Part shown: positions 40,201-48,973 of the stretch, in pieces
How the letters are laid out: the number at the start of each line of letters is the position of its first letter
Position numbering within the stretch: the stretch's first letter is position 1
DNA from: Planctomycetota bacterium
GTDB lineage: Bacteria; Planctomycetota; UBA8108; SXIK01
Assembly: GCA_965223265.1 (NCBI GenBank)
Contig: OZ244999.1
Location: 480,001-544,000 of the forward strand
DNA: 64,000 bases
Reading direction: 5' to 3'
Translations under genes and position numbers: made by a program
The notes under the pieces: model-generated
What the model saw: only the letters and a program-made list of their open reading frames with translations
Database searches by the model: none
Told to the model about the DNA's origin: nothing

Positions 40201-41208
40201 GATTTCGTCCGGCGACCTGCGCGCGACGCGACCCGGACTGGCTCCGTTGGTCACGACATCTCTGGCGAGACCGTAGTGCCGCGTCGCCCGGTCGCCGGCC
40301 GCGGCGGTACCCGCACTCTGTGGTTCTGGTGCGTACGCCAGGTAGTCCTCAGCATCCGCCTCCTCCACGATGGCCACTTCCGTGCCGCCGGAAACCGTCG
40401 GAAGGGGCGTTGTCGACACGCTTTCACGCGCGCGCCCCAACAGCTCCTCGCCTTCGTCTCCAGACGCTTGTGGCAACCGAGGCGCGGCCTGAGAGCGGTT
40501 TGCCAGTCCGACGCCCGAGTTAGCCTGCTTCGATTCGAACCAAGACTCGTTGCGCGAACCGCCGCGGCCGCGGCCGTCGCGGAAGTATTCCTTTCCCATC
40601 TTTTCCTCCGCGTCGGTTTGGAAACCTTCCGCCTGCGTGCGCTTCGCGTTGTCCCAAGATTCGTTGGAGTAGAAGGGGCGGTAATCTGTGGAACTCGACT
40701 TCGCCGAAAAGGCAAGCTCGCGAGCTCGGTCCCGGCCGAACCGCACGCCCGGCAGGAGCGCCAGCCCAACAAGCCCGACCGCGACGAGAACCATCGCCGC
40801 CGCAGCCATCCATTGACGTCGCCGCAAGCGCACGCGCCGGCGCGTGGCCGCGGTACTTTGGAGCGATGCAGGGTCAAGACGCGGGTAGGCCGCCGCGCCG
40901 GTGCGATCACCGCCGCCGTCTTCGCCGTCATCCGATGCGTCGCTCGCACCTGCCGAATCGTCGGCGCCCTCCGCGGCGTCACCGGCAGCGTCGACAAGCG
41001 CCGCTTCGAGCAGCGACTGCGTTGCACGCAGTCTTTCGAGCTCGGCGCGGGCCTCCGGCGAGCGTTCGAGTTCCTTCTCCACCGCGGCCTTGCCGGCCGG
41101 TGTGATGTCGCCGAAGACGTACGCGGTGAGGAGATACTCCTGCGTGCCGCTGAGGTTCGGCGTCTGGCGCGCTTTGGCGCGAGCTGTTCGTTTCTCTTTC
41201 TTCTTCAT
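37234..41208 (-). CDS. Anti-sigma-like N-terminus + TM + YfbK-like vWA protein
   Basis: STFSMDVDTASY, VRVEEFVN, DTSGSM (MIDAS), GGTN, SDG, YRLLGYENR; start overlaps the sigma-factor stop. Confidence 0.88.
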   Translation of the reverse strand: MKKKEKRTARAKARQTPNLSGTQEYLLTAYVFGDITPAGKAAVEKELERSPEARAELERLRATQSLLEAALVDAAGDAAEGADDSAGASDASDDGEDGGGDRTGAAAYPRLDPASLQSTAATRRRVRLRRRQWMAAAAMVLVAVGLVGLALLPGVRFGRDRARELAFSAKSSSTDYRPFYSNESWDNAKRTQAEGFQTDAEEKMGKEYFRDGRGRGGSRNESWFESKQANSGVGLANRSQAAPRLPQASGDEGEELLGRARESVSTTPLPTVSGGTEVAIVEEADAEDYLAYAPEPQSAGTAAAGDRATRHYGLARDVVTNGASPGRVARRSPDEIAPPAALDELTGTSRALPRNYAIPSTRERDGSDAIPRSSPQEVVEVFGQQKLDMDQNGDATVGVDDPGPSSTNAPAKQDFTEFWGVPGGGGGHDSGPAKKSEEMRVYRIARDGRRIATTNVGPGSGTGGGKALYGQPRAKEQNEKKRTAESIQFSSDGYDDNEVNSNRDNIALSESSPKQHAAAQEEGEDLAVDGRGDYGADARSPFRLGGFSFGADNDGDVDMPTSEELSDFNTSGLFDESVNGEKDAPDVLGAQLGTQRERFDRSASEPARSPAPSAQPEDEKTREFAGRELQLRDPNARKSQAGEHAELASTLETLSESRAAGQSGDTGRFSELKDFGQIEEDIAAARGEGASLAKEIAATPRRDYSFGDYANKGQRGKAKRGVKNEATRDAPAPAQRSRAEELADASRQVNSRQLLLLNGALSEPERSGNLFSSGTAESSQVDAAKQILGQRLTRQEEEVTAKTDLALAQLADNYATSQRQLGEVETQLRAYSHYRRFDDQLTFEAQEAQALTVPPPAVGDEGLGRDGFRERYGVNPFVDTRRDRFSTFSMDVDTASYTRSRDVLLRGQLPQPESVRVEEFVNHFPSDLTTTDPTRPFSVFTEGAPSPFGAGLDLVRVTIKARELHPGERKRVVLTFVIDTSGSMHAGGGLDLMRSALGSLVQALETEDRVGLVAYNTRAYVVLPHTPAREKERIVGALDGLAAGGGTNVEAGLELAYRIADEALDAKALNRVVLCSDGVANVGSREPEAMLEKVKVYARRGIYLSVVGLGKQRYNDALLERIARDGAGNYSFVANLDEAKTIFRKNLPAQLHVLAEDAKIQVEFNPEVVGHYRLLGYENRDIADRDFRNDKIDAAEIGPGTTVTVLYEIERRTGAHGALGRIFIRYRDTGTRRVDELDFPLPPSVLKTDLKSTSASFRLIACVAETAELLRQSYWARDGSFGKVLDVLYGIEAPYRQRAAWQEITRTATRAQQLVIDKIARTSE

Positions 41209-41774
41209 AGGAGCTCCTCTCGCTTCGGTGCGAGTCGGTGGCTCAACGTTTTCATCGCTTGATGAAGCTGGTAGCCAACGTTCGTGACGCTCATGCCCGT
41301 GATCGCGGCGATCTCTTTGTAGGACTTTTGCTCAACGACCTTGAGAATCACGAGCTCACGCTGCCTCGGTTTGAGCTTGTCGATTTCCGCGTGCACCTGT
41401 GCCTGTAGCTCCGATTTCTCGAGCGCTGCCGCCGGTGATGCCTGAGCGCCGTCGGTGCTGCGCACGCGTTCGTTGTGCTCGGCCACGGCCGTGGCGTGTT
41501 TCTGCGCCGTCTTGCGCCGGCGCATCTGGTCGATGCCGAGGTTGCGCGCGACGCGCAGCAGCCAGTTGTGGCAGTTTTCGACCTTGAGCAGCTTCTTGGG
41601 GCATTCGGCCACCTGCAGAAAAGTTTCCTGGACGACGTCGTGCGCCGCCTCGCCGTCACCAAGCATTTTCGTGACGAAACGCATGAGCGGATCCTGGTAG
41701 CGATGGATGAACGTGCTGAACGATTCGACGTCCGCCTGATTGGCGTAGGCTTCGATCAGATCCTGGTCGGTCAT
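41205..41774 (-). CDS. ECF sigma-70 factor (start uncertain)
   Basis: DVVQETFL, WLLRVARN, SYKEIAAITGMSVTNV. Confidence 0.92.
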   Translation of the reverse strand: MTDQDLIEAYANQADVESFSTFIHRYQDPLMRFVTKMLGDGEAAHDVVQETFLQVAECPKKLLKVENCHNWLLRVARNLGIDQMRRRKTAQKHATAVAEHNERVRSTDGAQASPAAALEKSELQAQVHAEIDKLKPRQRELVILKVVEQKSYKEIAAITGMSVTNVGYQLHQAMKTLSHRLAPKREELL

Positions 41775-42107
41775 CAACGTCCTCGTACTCGCCACGTCCG
41801 CCTCGGATGACGGGCTTGCGGGGGAGGTTCTTAGGACTTTTTCACTCGCCGCGGAGCGCATTGGCGCCTCGATCCTGGAAGGCAGCTCGTTCTCGGAACT
41901 TTTCCCGGCTTCAGGACGGTCGACTCTCCCTTTCTGTTCGGCTGTAAGCTCCAAAGTCGTGTTGTTTCTCGGTCAGTCTCGGTGAATGGAGATTTTGCTT
42001 GGTTGTAACGTGTTGAGGCTTTTGTGCTTAGGGGTTAGGCTCGAAACATGAAAAAAAATCGGGCAGCTATGAAACAACCGGGCGAGTCGGGCGTCTCTAA
42101 GGGCACT

Positions 42108-42713
42108 ATGAACGACATGGTGCTTCCTTCTGCGCCGCACGGCGGATTCGTTCAGCCCGACGACGTCCCAGGAGACCCTTCCGATGACGAGTCGCCAGCT
42201 GAGTTTTCAAGCGACCCGACCCCGCGTCTCGAGGGGCTGGTCCGCGGCAACGCGGGGTGGCTTCGCGGTTGGTTCCGCGGCCGCGTGCGTGACCCCGAGA
42301 TCGTCGATGATCTCTGCCAGGAGACGTTCCTGCGCGCGCTGCGCGGGTTCTCGCGCCTACGGGATCCGGCCCGTTTCCCGGCCTGGATCTACCGCACCGC
42401 GGAGAATCTTTTGCGCGACCACCTGCGCCGCAAACGTCGACGCGGCGACCGCGTCGTTTTTACCGATTCCCTCGACACCCCAGACCGAGACCCTACGCCC
42501 GAAGAAAAGATGTTGAGGAAGGAAATGGCCAGCGAACTGTTAGCGAGTGTCGAAGAGTTACCAGCGCGTTACCGCGAGCCGTTCCTGCTGCGCCACACCC
42601 GTGATCTCACCTACGCCGAGATTTCCAACCTCCTTGGCGTCACGGAAAGCGCCGTGCGCGTCAGAGTGTTTAGAGCCCGCAAGATTCTACGTGAGAAGTG
42701 CGATGCCGAGTAG
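42108..42713 (+). CDS. ECF sigma-70 factor (start uncertain)
   Basis: DDLCQETFL, FPAWIYR, TYAEISNLLGVTESAVRVRVFRAR. Confidence 0.92.
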   Translation: MNDMVLPSAPHGGFVQPDDVPGDPSDDESPAEFSSDPTPRLEGLVRGNAGWLRGWFRGRVRDPEIVDDLCQETFLRALRGFSRLRDPARFPAWIYRTAENLLRDHLRRKRRRGDRVVFTDSLDTPDRDPTPEEKMLRKEMASELLASVEELPARYREPFLLRHTRDLTYAEISNLLGVTESAVRVRVFRARKILREKCDAE

Positions 42714-43356
42714 CCACCCCGCCGCCCAAGGCCTATCGTGTTCCGAGGCGCAGTTGTGGATTTCCATGCGGATTGACGCAGAGGAGTTGCCCCCAGACGC
42801 CGTGCCGCGATTGGACGCGCACTGCGTCTCCTGCGAGCCATGTCGCCGCTGGTTTGAAGAGGAGAAGGAGCGCAGTGCGCAGCTGAGAGTCGTGCTTTGT
42901 AGCTCGCCCGAGGAGGACTCGGCACTCGAACGCACGATCTGCGACGCGGCGCTGCAGGCAGGGTGGGACGGTCGGACTTTGACGTCGAGCGTCGCGTCGA
43001 AACGGCATGCATGGCGGCGTGGGATCATGGCGCTCGCTGCAGCGGCTGTTGTGGTGTCGCTGGCAGCTTACTTCGTCGCCACGACGGAACCGTCGAGTGA
43101 CGGGGTACCACATGTCGGCCAGGTGTCGATCGACGGTCCGTTTTCGTCGCCCGGCATCGGAGCCTCGCCCGAGGAACGGCTGCTGATTCTGCCCGACTCT
43201 CAGGGGGCGCCTTGGGCCGTGCGGTTCGATCGTCGGCATTACCGTTTACAGATCGACCCAGATGGCAGTGAAGAGAACGAGAAGCCGCGGATGCTTCTCG
43301 AAGTGGAACAATACGATCCGCGCTACATGCGTCTCGCCAGTTGGCCGTATCAGTAG
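42703..43356 (+). CDS. Zinc-finger (HxxxCxxC) membrane anti-sigma factor
   Basis: AHCVSCEPC motif, one TM helix, overlaps the sigma-factor stop. Confidence 0.85.
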   Translation: MPSSHPAAQGLSCSEAQLWISMRIDAEELPPDAVPRLDAHCVSCEPCRRWFEEEKERSAQLRVVLCSSPEEDSALERTICDAALQAGWDGRTLTSSVASKRHAWRRGIMALAAAAVVVSLAAYFVATTEPSSDGVPHVGQVSIDGPFSSPGIGASPEERLLILPDSQGAPWAVRFDRRHYRLQIDPDGSEENEKPRMLLEVEQYDPRYMRLASWPYQ

Positions 43357-43605
43357 CCTCGTCGGCGAAGCCGCTTCCCGTCGTGGCCGGGTCGTTGCCT
43401 TGAGATTGCCTTGAACACTGGTGGCACGAGTGGGCAAGACCGAGGTGCACATCGGTCGACCTGAACACTTCCGTTGACTCCAGTTGCGAAGACTCACGAG
43501 ACGACAGCGAGCCGAAGTCTCGACGCCGCTCTCGCGCCAGGAATCTTTGTTGACGTTGGGGTCGATTCACGATCGATAGAGAAGAAGTTAGCAAGGAGTA
43601 TCACC

Positions 43606-44811
43606 ATGAGATTCACAGCGATGACGCTGCCACTTTTTTTCGCTCTACTGACCACCGGCAACGCTGCCGCGGCGGACAAAGGCTACTTGGGCGTTGAGCT
43701 CAAGGCGTTCGGCTTCGGCCCGGGCGTGCTCATCGCCGGCGTTGCCGAAGATGGCCCGGCGGCCCGCGCCGGTGTGCGCGAGCTGGACGTCCTCAAAGCG
43801 ATCGATGGCGAGGCCGTGCGAAGTCAGCGCGATGTCGTCCTTATCATCGGTGCCCACAAGAGCGGCGACACGATTCAGCTGACGCTCCAGCGCGGGAACG
43901 AAACCGTGGAGCTCGAAGCGACCCTTGGTACCCGACCGCAGGTCGACGTCGTTCCACGTGCCGACGTTCCTGAGAAAGAGAAGAGCAATGCGACCGCAAA
44001 GTCGGCGGGATTCCTCGGCGTCGGGTACGCTGACGTTCCTGAGATGCTCTCCGTTCACCTCGGACTTAAAGTCGGCGATGGTGTGCTCGTCGGTGGCGTA
44101 CACAAGGAGTCGGCCGCCGGTGAGGCTGGTATCGAGCGCTTCGATGTGATCGTCAAGATCGACGGCGAGATCGTTCGCGGTGGTCGCGGACTCGTCAAGC
44201 TGATGAGCGGCAAGTCCGCCGGTGACGAGGTTTCGGTCGAACTGATCCACCGCGGTAAGGCGACGTCCAAGAAACTCACGCTGGGCGAACGACCCGCCGG
44301 ACTCGCGAAGGCGCCGTGGGGTCATCCCGGCCCAGGCATGCCCGGTTGGTTCGGTCCCCACGGCCAAGTGTTCCCGCACGGTATGCCGCGGCGGCAAGGC
44401 CGATTTCACCTTGGCGACGAGGTTTTCGAGCTGCCGTTCCCGAACGCGTACGAGAGTCTTCGCCAGCTCCTCGAGGAGCGGGGTGAGTTCGATCCGCACA
44501 CGTGGCAGCGTTTCGAAGAAGCGTTCAAGGGCCTCGACGGCGCGGTCGAGAGGAGCGAGTCGTCACAGCTGCACGTCATCGAGGATGGCTTCGAGATCAA
44601 AATCGTCACCGATGCCGCGGGCACGCGCGTGACGGTGAGCCGCGACGGCGAGATGATCGCCGACAACGTGCCTTACGACAAGATCGACTCGCTTCCCGAG
44701 GACGTGCAGGAGCGGGTGCGTACTCTGATGAAGAAGCACGAAGTGAAGCCGAGCGACGGCGCCACAACGCCGAGCAAGCCGATCGAGCCGAGTCGCGGCA
44801 TCAAAGCGTAA
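43606..44811 (+). CDS. Secreted tandem PDZ-domain protein
   Basis: AAGGAG RBS; signal peptide; GYLGV...GPAARAG and GFLGV...SAAGEAG PDZ repeats; no protease domain evident. Confidence 0.88.
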   Translation: MRFTAMTLPLFFALLTTGNAAAADKGYLGVELKAFGFGPGVLIAGVAEDGPAARAGVRELDVLKAIDGEAVRSQRDVVLIIGAHKSGDTIQLTLQRGNETVELEATLGTRPQVDVVPRADVPEKEKSNATAKSAGFLGVGYADVPEMLSVHLGLKVGDGVLVGGVHKESAAGEAGIERFDVIVKIDGEIVRGGRGLVKLMSGKSAGDEVSVELIHRGKATSKKLTLGERPAGLAKAPWGHPGPGMPGWFGPHGQVFPHGMPRRQGRFHLGDEVFELPFPNAYESLRQLLEERGEFDPHTWQRFEEAFKGLDGAVERSESSQLHVIEDGFEIKIVTDAAGTRVTVSRDGEMIADNVPYDKIDSLPEDVQERVRTLMKKHEVKPSDGATTPSKPIEPSRGIKA

Positions 44812-44853
44812 CCGACCCTTACCGGGCGTGATCAAAGAACTCCGGTCCGAGAA

Positions 44854-45016
44854 CGGAGAGTGCCTGCTACTCGAAGCGTATCGCCAGTTCGACCTTCAAA
44901 GTAGCAGGCACACTCCTGTGTGCCGTCCGGACGTGGGCGTGAGCGTGGGCGTGAGCGTCGACCGTGAGTTTCGACGGCACGTTTTTAAGAACTCACATCC
45001 TCTCTGTGTGCCGTCT
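44854..45016. repeat. GTAG-type REP-like palindromic cluster
   Basis: GGAGAGTGCCTGCTAC (to 44870) inverted to GTAGCAGGCACACTCCTGTGTGCCGTC (44901-44927); further GACGGCAC and CTGTGTGCCGTC fragments. Confidence 0.65.
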
Positions 45017-45086
45017 GGACGTGACTGTGAGTGACGACGGCCCGTGCACCGAATGGCCATAGCGCCGAACATCACGTTTCGATTGA

Positions 45087-45265
45087 CAGCCCGTTGAAGA
45101 AGTCATTCGGCCGACGAAAGTGGCCTCTTCACGCCCAGACGGGCCGCGTCAATATTCGCCATCAGAATCGAAAGAAGAAGGCCCGAAGATTGCCTGCATT
45201 GGTGGCGGCCGATCTGGACGCGAAGAGACCAGTTTTCGGCTCGAAACACTTTTTCGGGCAGGCTG
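45087..45265. mobile_element. MITE-like element, copy A (~180 bp)
   Basis: Ends CAGCCCGTTGAAGAAGT...ACTTTTTCGGGCAGGCTG; homologous to the inverted copy at 56610-56779. Confidence 0.75.
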
Positions 45266-45352
45266 CTAACCGCGAGTTCTCGTGGGATGCCGTTGCAACC
45301 GCCGTCGCGACAGTTTTTCTCACGGGAGCTCGTTTTTGCCGCTACTGCGCCG

Positions 45353-45874
45353 CTAACGTGGTTCGACGAACTCGAAGCGGCCGCGTGTGAAGAGCTTCGG
45401 CGGCGTCAGCCAGACCAATTCGCCGGTGCCCAGCCGTACGTCCGCCCAACGATCCACCGCGAAGTCGATGCGCGTCATCGCCGCGGTTGGGAAACGCACC
45501 TCCCCGCCGCCGATGAAGAGCGACGTCATCGCGCTCCAGGTGGGCTCATGGCCGGCGAGGAGAAGAGTCTGGGTTGCGCCCGGCTCGCTGTGAATCTCCG
45601 CCAGCACTGCGTCGGGCGTTGCCTCATAGAGTGCGCTCGTGACGCGAATCTCGCAGCCCCAGTTCCCTGCGGCTACGGCCAGCTCGACTGCGGTCCGGGC
45701 GCGGACGGCGGACGACGTGACGACCGCGTCGGGAGGCTGAGCTGCGAGCTCAAGGAAGCGTCCCATGGTCTTGGCAGCCCGCACGCCGCGAGGTGCGAGC
45801 GGGCGCTCGTGATCGACCTCGATCCCCGTGTCCCAGTCTGATTTGCCGTGGCGAAAGAGAATGAGGCTCTTCAT
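45353..45874 (-). CDS. sixA: SixA-like histidine phosphatase
   Basis: FRHGKS, DHERPLAPRG, SSAVRA, GHEP. Confidence 0.88.
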   Translation of the reverse strand: MKSLILFRHGKSDWDTGIEVDHERPLAPRGVRAAKTMGRFLELAAQPPDAVVTSSAVRARTAVELAVAAGNWGCEIRVTSALYEATPDAVLAEIHSEPGATQTLLLAGHEPTWSAMTSLFIGGGEVRFPTAAMTRIDFAVDRWADVRLGTGELVWLTPPKLFTRGRFEFVEPR

Positions 45875-46101
45875 GACTCGTCACCTTCGTTTGACGTCGG
45901 CTCGCTCGAACGGCCGAAGCGTGTGCGCAGCAGATGCGCAAGATAGAACGCTAGGCCAATCGCGCCCAGCGCACAGAGACCGACCGCCACCAGATCCTTA
46001 CGCGCTCCAGACGCCGACCAGGACCGAAACCGGTAGACGCCGAAACCGACGGTGAACAAGAGGCCACACGCGATGAGGAGGTAGTGAAACCGGTAGAGCA
46101 T
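45871..46101 (-). CDS. Small 2-TM hypothetical protein
   Basis: MLYRFHYLLIACG...; two hydrophobic helices; stop overlaps the sixA start. Confidence 0.65.
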   Translation of the reverse strand: MLYRFHYLLIACGLLFTVGFGVYRFRSWSASGARKDLVAVGLCALGAIGLAFYLAHLLRTRFGRSSEPTSNEGDES

Positions 46102-46153
46102 CTTCTCGATGACTCGGTCAGTGGAGCGCGGTCTTACGAGGCGCGGGACGCCG

Positions 46154-46417
46154 TCAATTGAGTTCGGCTTCAGCCGGCAACAGCGAGATTGTCCCGGTGC
46201 CCGGGTCGAAAGGACCAACAAGGAAGCCGTGCGCGTCGGCGAACTGTTCGAGCAGCGGCATCAGCCCATCCGCATCTCCCATCGGATCGACCTCGAGGAT
46301 GCCGTCGGTCAGCGTCGCAGTAAGGATTTCAAAGTCGACGTACGGAGTCTTCTCGCGGTCGTGTAGCCAATCCTGCAATCGGTCCGCGTGTTCAAAGATC
46401 GCCGAGCTTCCGTACAT
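46154..46417 (-). CDS. Hypothetical acidic protein (87 aa)
   Basis: GGAGG RBS; coding-like composition; operon position. Confidence 0.65.
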   Translation of the reverse strand: MYGSSAIFEHADRLQDWLHDREKTPYVDFEILTATLTDGILEVDPMGDADGLMPLLEQFADAHGFLVGPFDPGTGTISLLPAEAELN

Positions 46418-46604
46418 AACAAACCTCCGCAGAGTTTTTACTACGACGGAGCTCGAAAAGCAATGTCACGCCGCGCTGCTCTGTGGGTCGAAGCGCCGCA
46501 GTAGGGCCGAAAAACCGAACAAAACGCGCGCACCGCAGGAACTTCGTGGAGACTGTCGCTTCTGCGTCGAGATCGGCTGTGGCAAACGCACCAAACCATC
46601 CCAC

Positions 46605-46730
46605 CTACATCAAGTATGCCGTGAACGCGAGGAGCAAGAGCCCAATCGTGAAACAACAAAGAATCCAAACGAAGACGATGTAGGGAGTCTTGTCGTTTGG
46701 TGGCCCCGCGGGTGCCGACGGTTTGTTCAC
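46605..46730 (-). CDS. Small single-TM protein (41 aa), below the ORF-track cutoff
   Basis: GTG start: MNKPSAPAGPPNDKTPYIVFVWILCCFTIGLLLLAFTAYLM*; follows cox subunit IV. Confidence 0.5.
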   Translation of the reverse strand: MNKPSAPAGPPNDKTPYIVFVWILCCFTIGLLLLAFTAYLM

Positions 46731-46769
46731 AGAGCTGGTCCGTCGGTCAGTCTGGTGACGACCGCGCGG

Positions 46770-47060
46770 TTATCCTTTGAAGACAACGTCCGGAATCAGC
46801 GACACGACAAGTACGACCGCCAGCAGCAGCGGAAAACTAACGATCAGTATGAACGCCGTCCGCTCTGAAATGAGATGCATGAAGTACAGCGCGACGAGGG
46901 CCGCTTTGACGAGCGCCAGGAGCACGAGAACGACGACGGTGGTCGTCCACAGATCCATAGCGAACCCCACTTTCGCAGCCCCGATCTCCACGACCGTGAG
47001 CACCGCCAGAGCGACGAAAATCAGCATGTAGTTGGGATGTTTGTGTGCTTCTTCAGACAC
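46770..47060 (-). CDS. Cytochrome c oxidase subunit IV (caa3-type)
   Basis: LAVLTVVE, KAALVALYFMHL. Confidence 0.9.
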   Translation of the reverse strand: MSEEAHKHPNYMLIFVALAVLTVVEIGAAKVGFAMDLWTTTVVVLVLLALVKAALVALYFMHLISERTAFILIVSFPLLLAVVLVVSLIPDVVFKG

Positions 47061-47895
47061 TGTCGGTCACCCTGTTTTCAACCAGATAGACGATGGTGAA
47101 GATGACGATCCAGACAAGATCGACGAAGTGCCAGTAGAGCCCGACGATCTCCATGCGATTCACGGTCCAGCGATTCCTCAGCACACCGAGAAGAATGATC
47201 GCAAGATAGATCACTCCGGAGGCGACATGGCAGCCGTGAAAGCAGGTGAGGACGTAGAACGTGGCGCAGAACAGCCCCTCCGATTCGCCGATTTTTGTCT
47301 TCGGGTAATCGCGATCCAAAACCTCCTTGGCTGCTGTGAACGCGGCGGCAGCCTCGTCAGCGTCGTGGCTGACACTATGGTCGAGGAACTTCTCCGCCGC
47401 GGCGAACTCCGCGACCGAGGTCACCGGGCTTGGTGCGCCGCTCGCTTCCGCTTCAGCAGCGATGGTTTCGAATCGTTTGCGCACCTCGTACTCGTCGGAG
47501 AACCCCGACACCGTAAAACCGCTGTTGATTTGGTGCGTGTACTCGTAGACCTGGATGCCAAGGAACACCAAGCCGCCAAAAATCGTCGCGCCAAGCCACT
47601 TCACCATGCCGCTTTTGTCTGCGTTTTGCGACGCGAGGAAGGCTTTCACCATCGACACGCTACTGCAAATGAGGACGAACGTGTTGAACGCGGTGAGGTC
47701 GATCGCCAGATGATCTGTCGGCTCTGGCCACGTGCCGGCGTTACCGCCGCGCAGCGCCACGTACGCCGCGATGAGGCCCATGAACGACATGCCGTCGGAA
47801 CCCAGAAAGATCCACATGGCGAGCTTGCCGTCGGTGACACCGAGTGTCGGTTGGCTGCCGGCCGTGGAGGCTTCTGGAGCCGCTGTTTGACTCAT
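47053..47895 (-). CDS. Heme-copper oxidase subunit III
   Basis: MWIFLGSD, NTFVLICSS, QVYEY, FYVLTCFHGCHV, LYWHFVDLVW. Confidence 0.93.
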   Translation of the reverse strand: MSQTAAPEASTAGSQPTLGVTDGKLAMWIFLGSDGMSFMGLIAAYVALRGGNAGTWPEPTDHLAIDLTAFNTFVLICSSVSMVKAFLASQNADKSGMVKWLGATIFGGLVFLGIQVYEYTHQINSGFTVSGFSDEYEVRKRFETIAAEAEASGAPSPVTSVAEFAAAEKFLDHSVSHDADEAAAAFTAAKEVLDRDYPKTKIGESEGLFCATFYVLTCFHGCHVASGVIYLAIILLGVLRNRWTVNRMEIVGLYWHFVDLVWIVIFTIVYLVENRVTDSV

Positions 47896-48382
47896 GAGTC
47901 TTGATTCCTCGGTTTATGAAACTGTGCTTTTGGAGTCTCTTGATTTCGACGTAAGTCTTCGAAGATGCGAAACGAACCAGAGCACTACCACGACGTGGGC
48001 GTCTCAGTGATTCAAACGCACGATTCCGACGCAGTCCTCTGAGGCGGCGCCAAACGTCCGTGTCGGGAGGAATGCGGTCGCTCACCTCGGGTGTGAAAGG
48101 ACGTAGTTTGAAGTTTCGGGTGCGGAGCGTCAATAGCTTGCCTTGAAATCGACGCAAGGGGCATCTCGGTCGCCGCAGGTCGACCTGAGCCGCGTCCTTC
48201 CCGCGCGCCTTGGTGCGGTGATTTGTCGCGGCTGTGGCGGTCGTGAGGGGCGGTTTTGGGTGCTCCGAAAGGCCTTGAGTCTCTCCTTTCGAAGTGGTAT
48301 AGAATGATCGTCCTGGCGCTCGTGGGCATCCTTTCGAGCGCCCAGATCAGCGACAAAAATAGGCAAATACAAGGAATTCAAC

Positions 48383-48739
48383 ATGCCGCATATCGTCACT
48401 GGCCGCTGTGTGGACTGCCGCTACACCGATTGCTGCACCGTCTGTCCGGTCGACTGTTTCTACGAGACCGCGGATCCGGCCATGCTGGTGATCGATCCTG
48501 ACACCTGCATCGACTGCGAGCTCTGCGTCCCGGAATGTCCGATCAACGCGATTTACCCTGAGAGCGAACTGCCCGAATGTTACTCCGAGTGGGTCGAGAA
48601 GAACGCCGAACTGTTTGAAGGCGGCGAGAACGTCACCGAGAAGAAAGACGCTCTGGACGGGGCTCTGTCGCTTGAAGCGATTCAGGGCAAAGAGAAAGAG
48701 GCCGGTTTCGACGTCGAAGAGCCATCGAAGGCCGGTTGA
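48383..48739 (+). CDS. fdxA: 7Fe/8Fe ferredoxin (FdxA type)
   Basis: CVDCRYTDCCTVCPVDCF, CIDCELCVPECP. Confidence 0.92.
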   Translation: MPHIVTGRCVDCRYTDCCTVCPVDCFYETADPAMLVIDPDTCIDCELCVPECPINAIYPESELPECYSEWVEKNAELFEGGENVTEKKDALDGALSLEAIQGKEKEAGFDVEEPSKAG

Positions 48740-48973
48740 ACGACTCTTCGCTTTCAGAGCGGCCAGAACTGTAGCCGCGACAGAGAATCCATTGACATCA
48801 CCAAGCAGCCGGGAACCCGCGAGTCCCGGCTGCCTTCGTTTGTGGGCGGCGAAGCTTTGCGCCGGCCGAGTCCGCGCGAACGCGCGAACGCGCGGCCGTG
48901 GGGAACCGATCCGCGCGTCGAGTCGTTCCCTACCGCAGAGAAGTCCTTCGCACTCTTTTGGAGGTCGCAAGTG

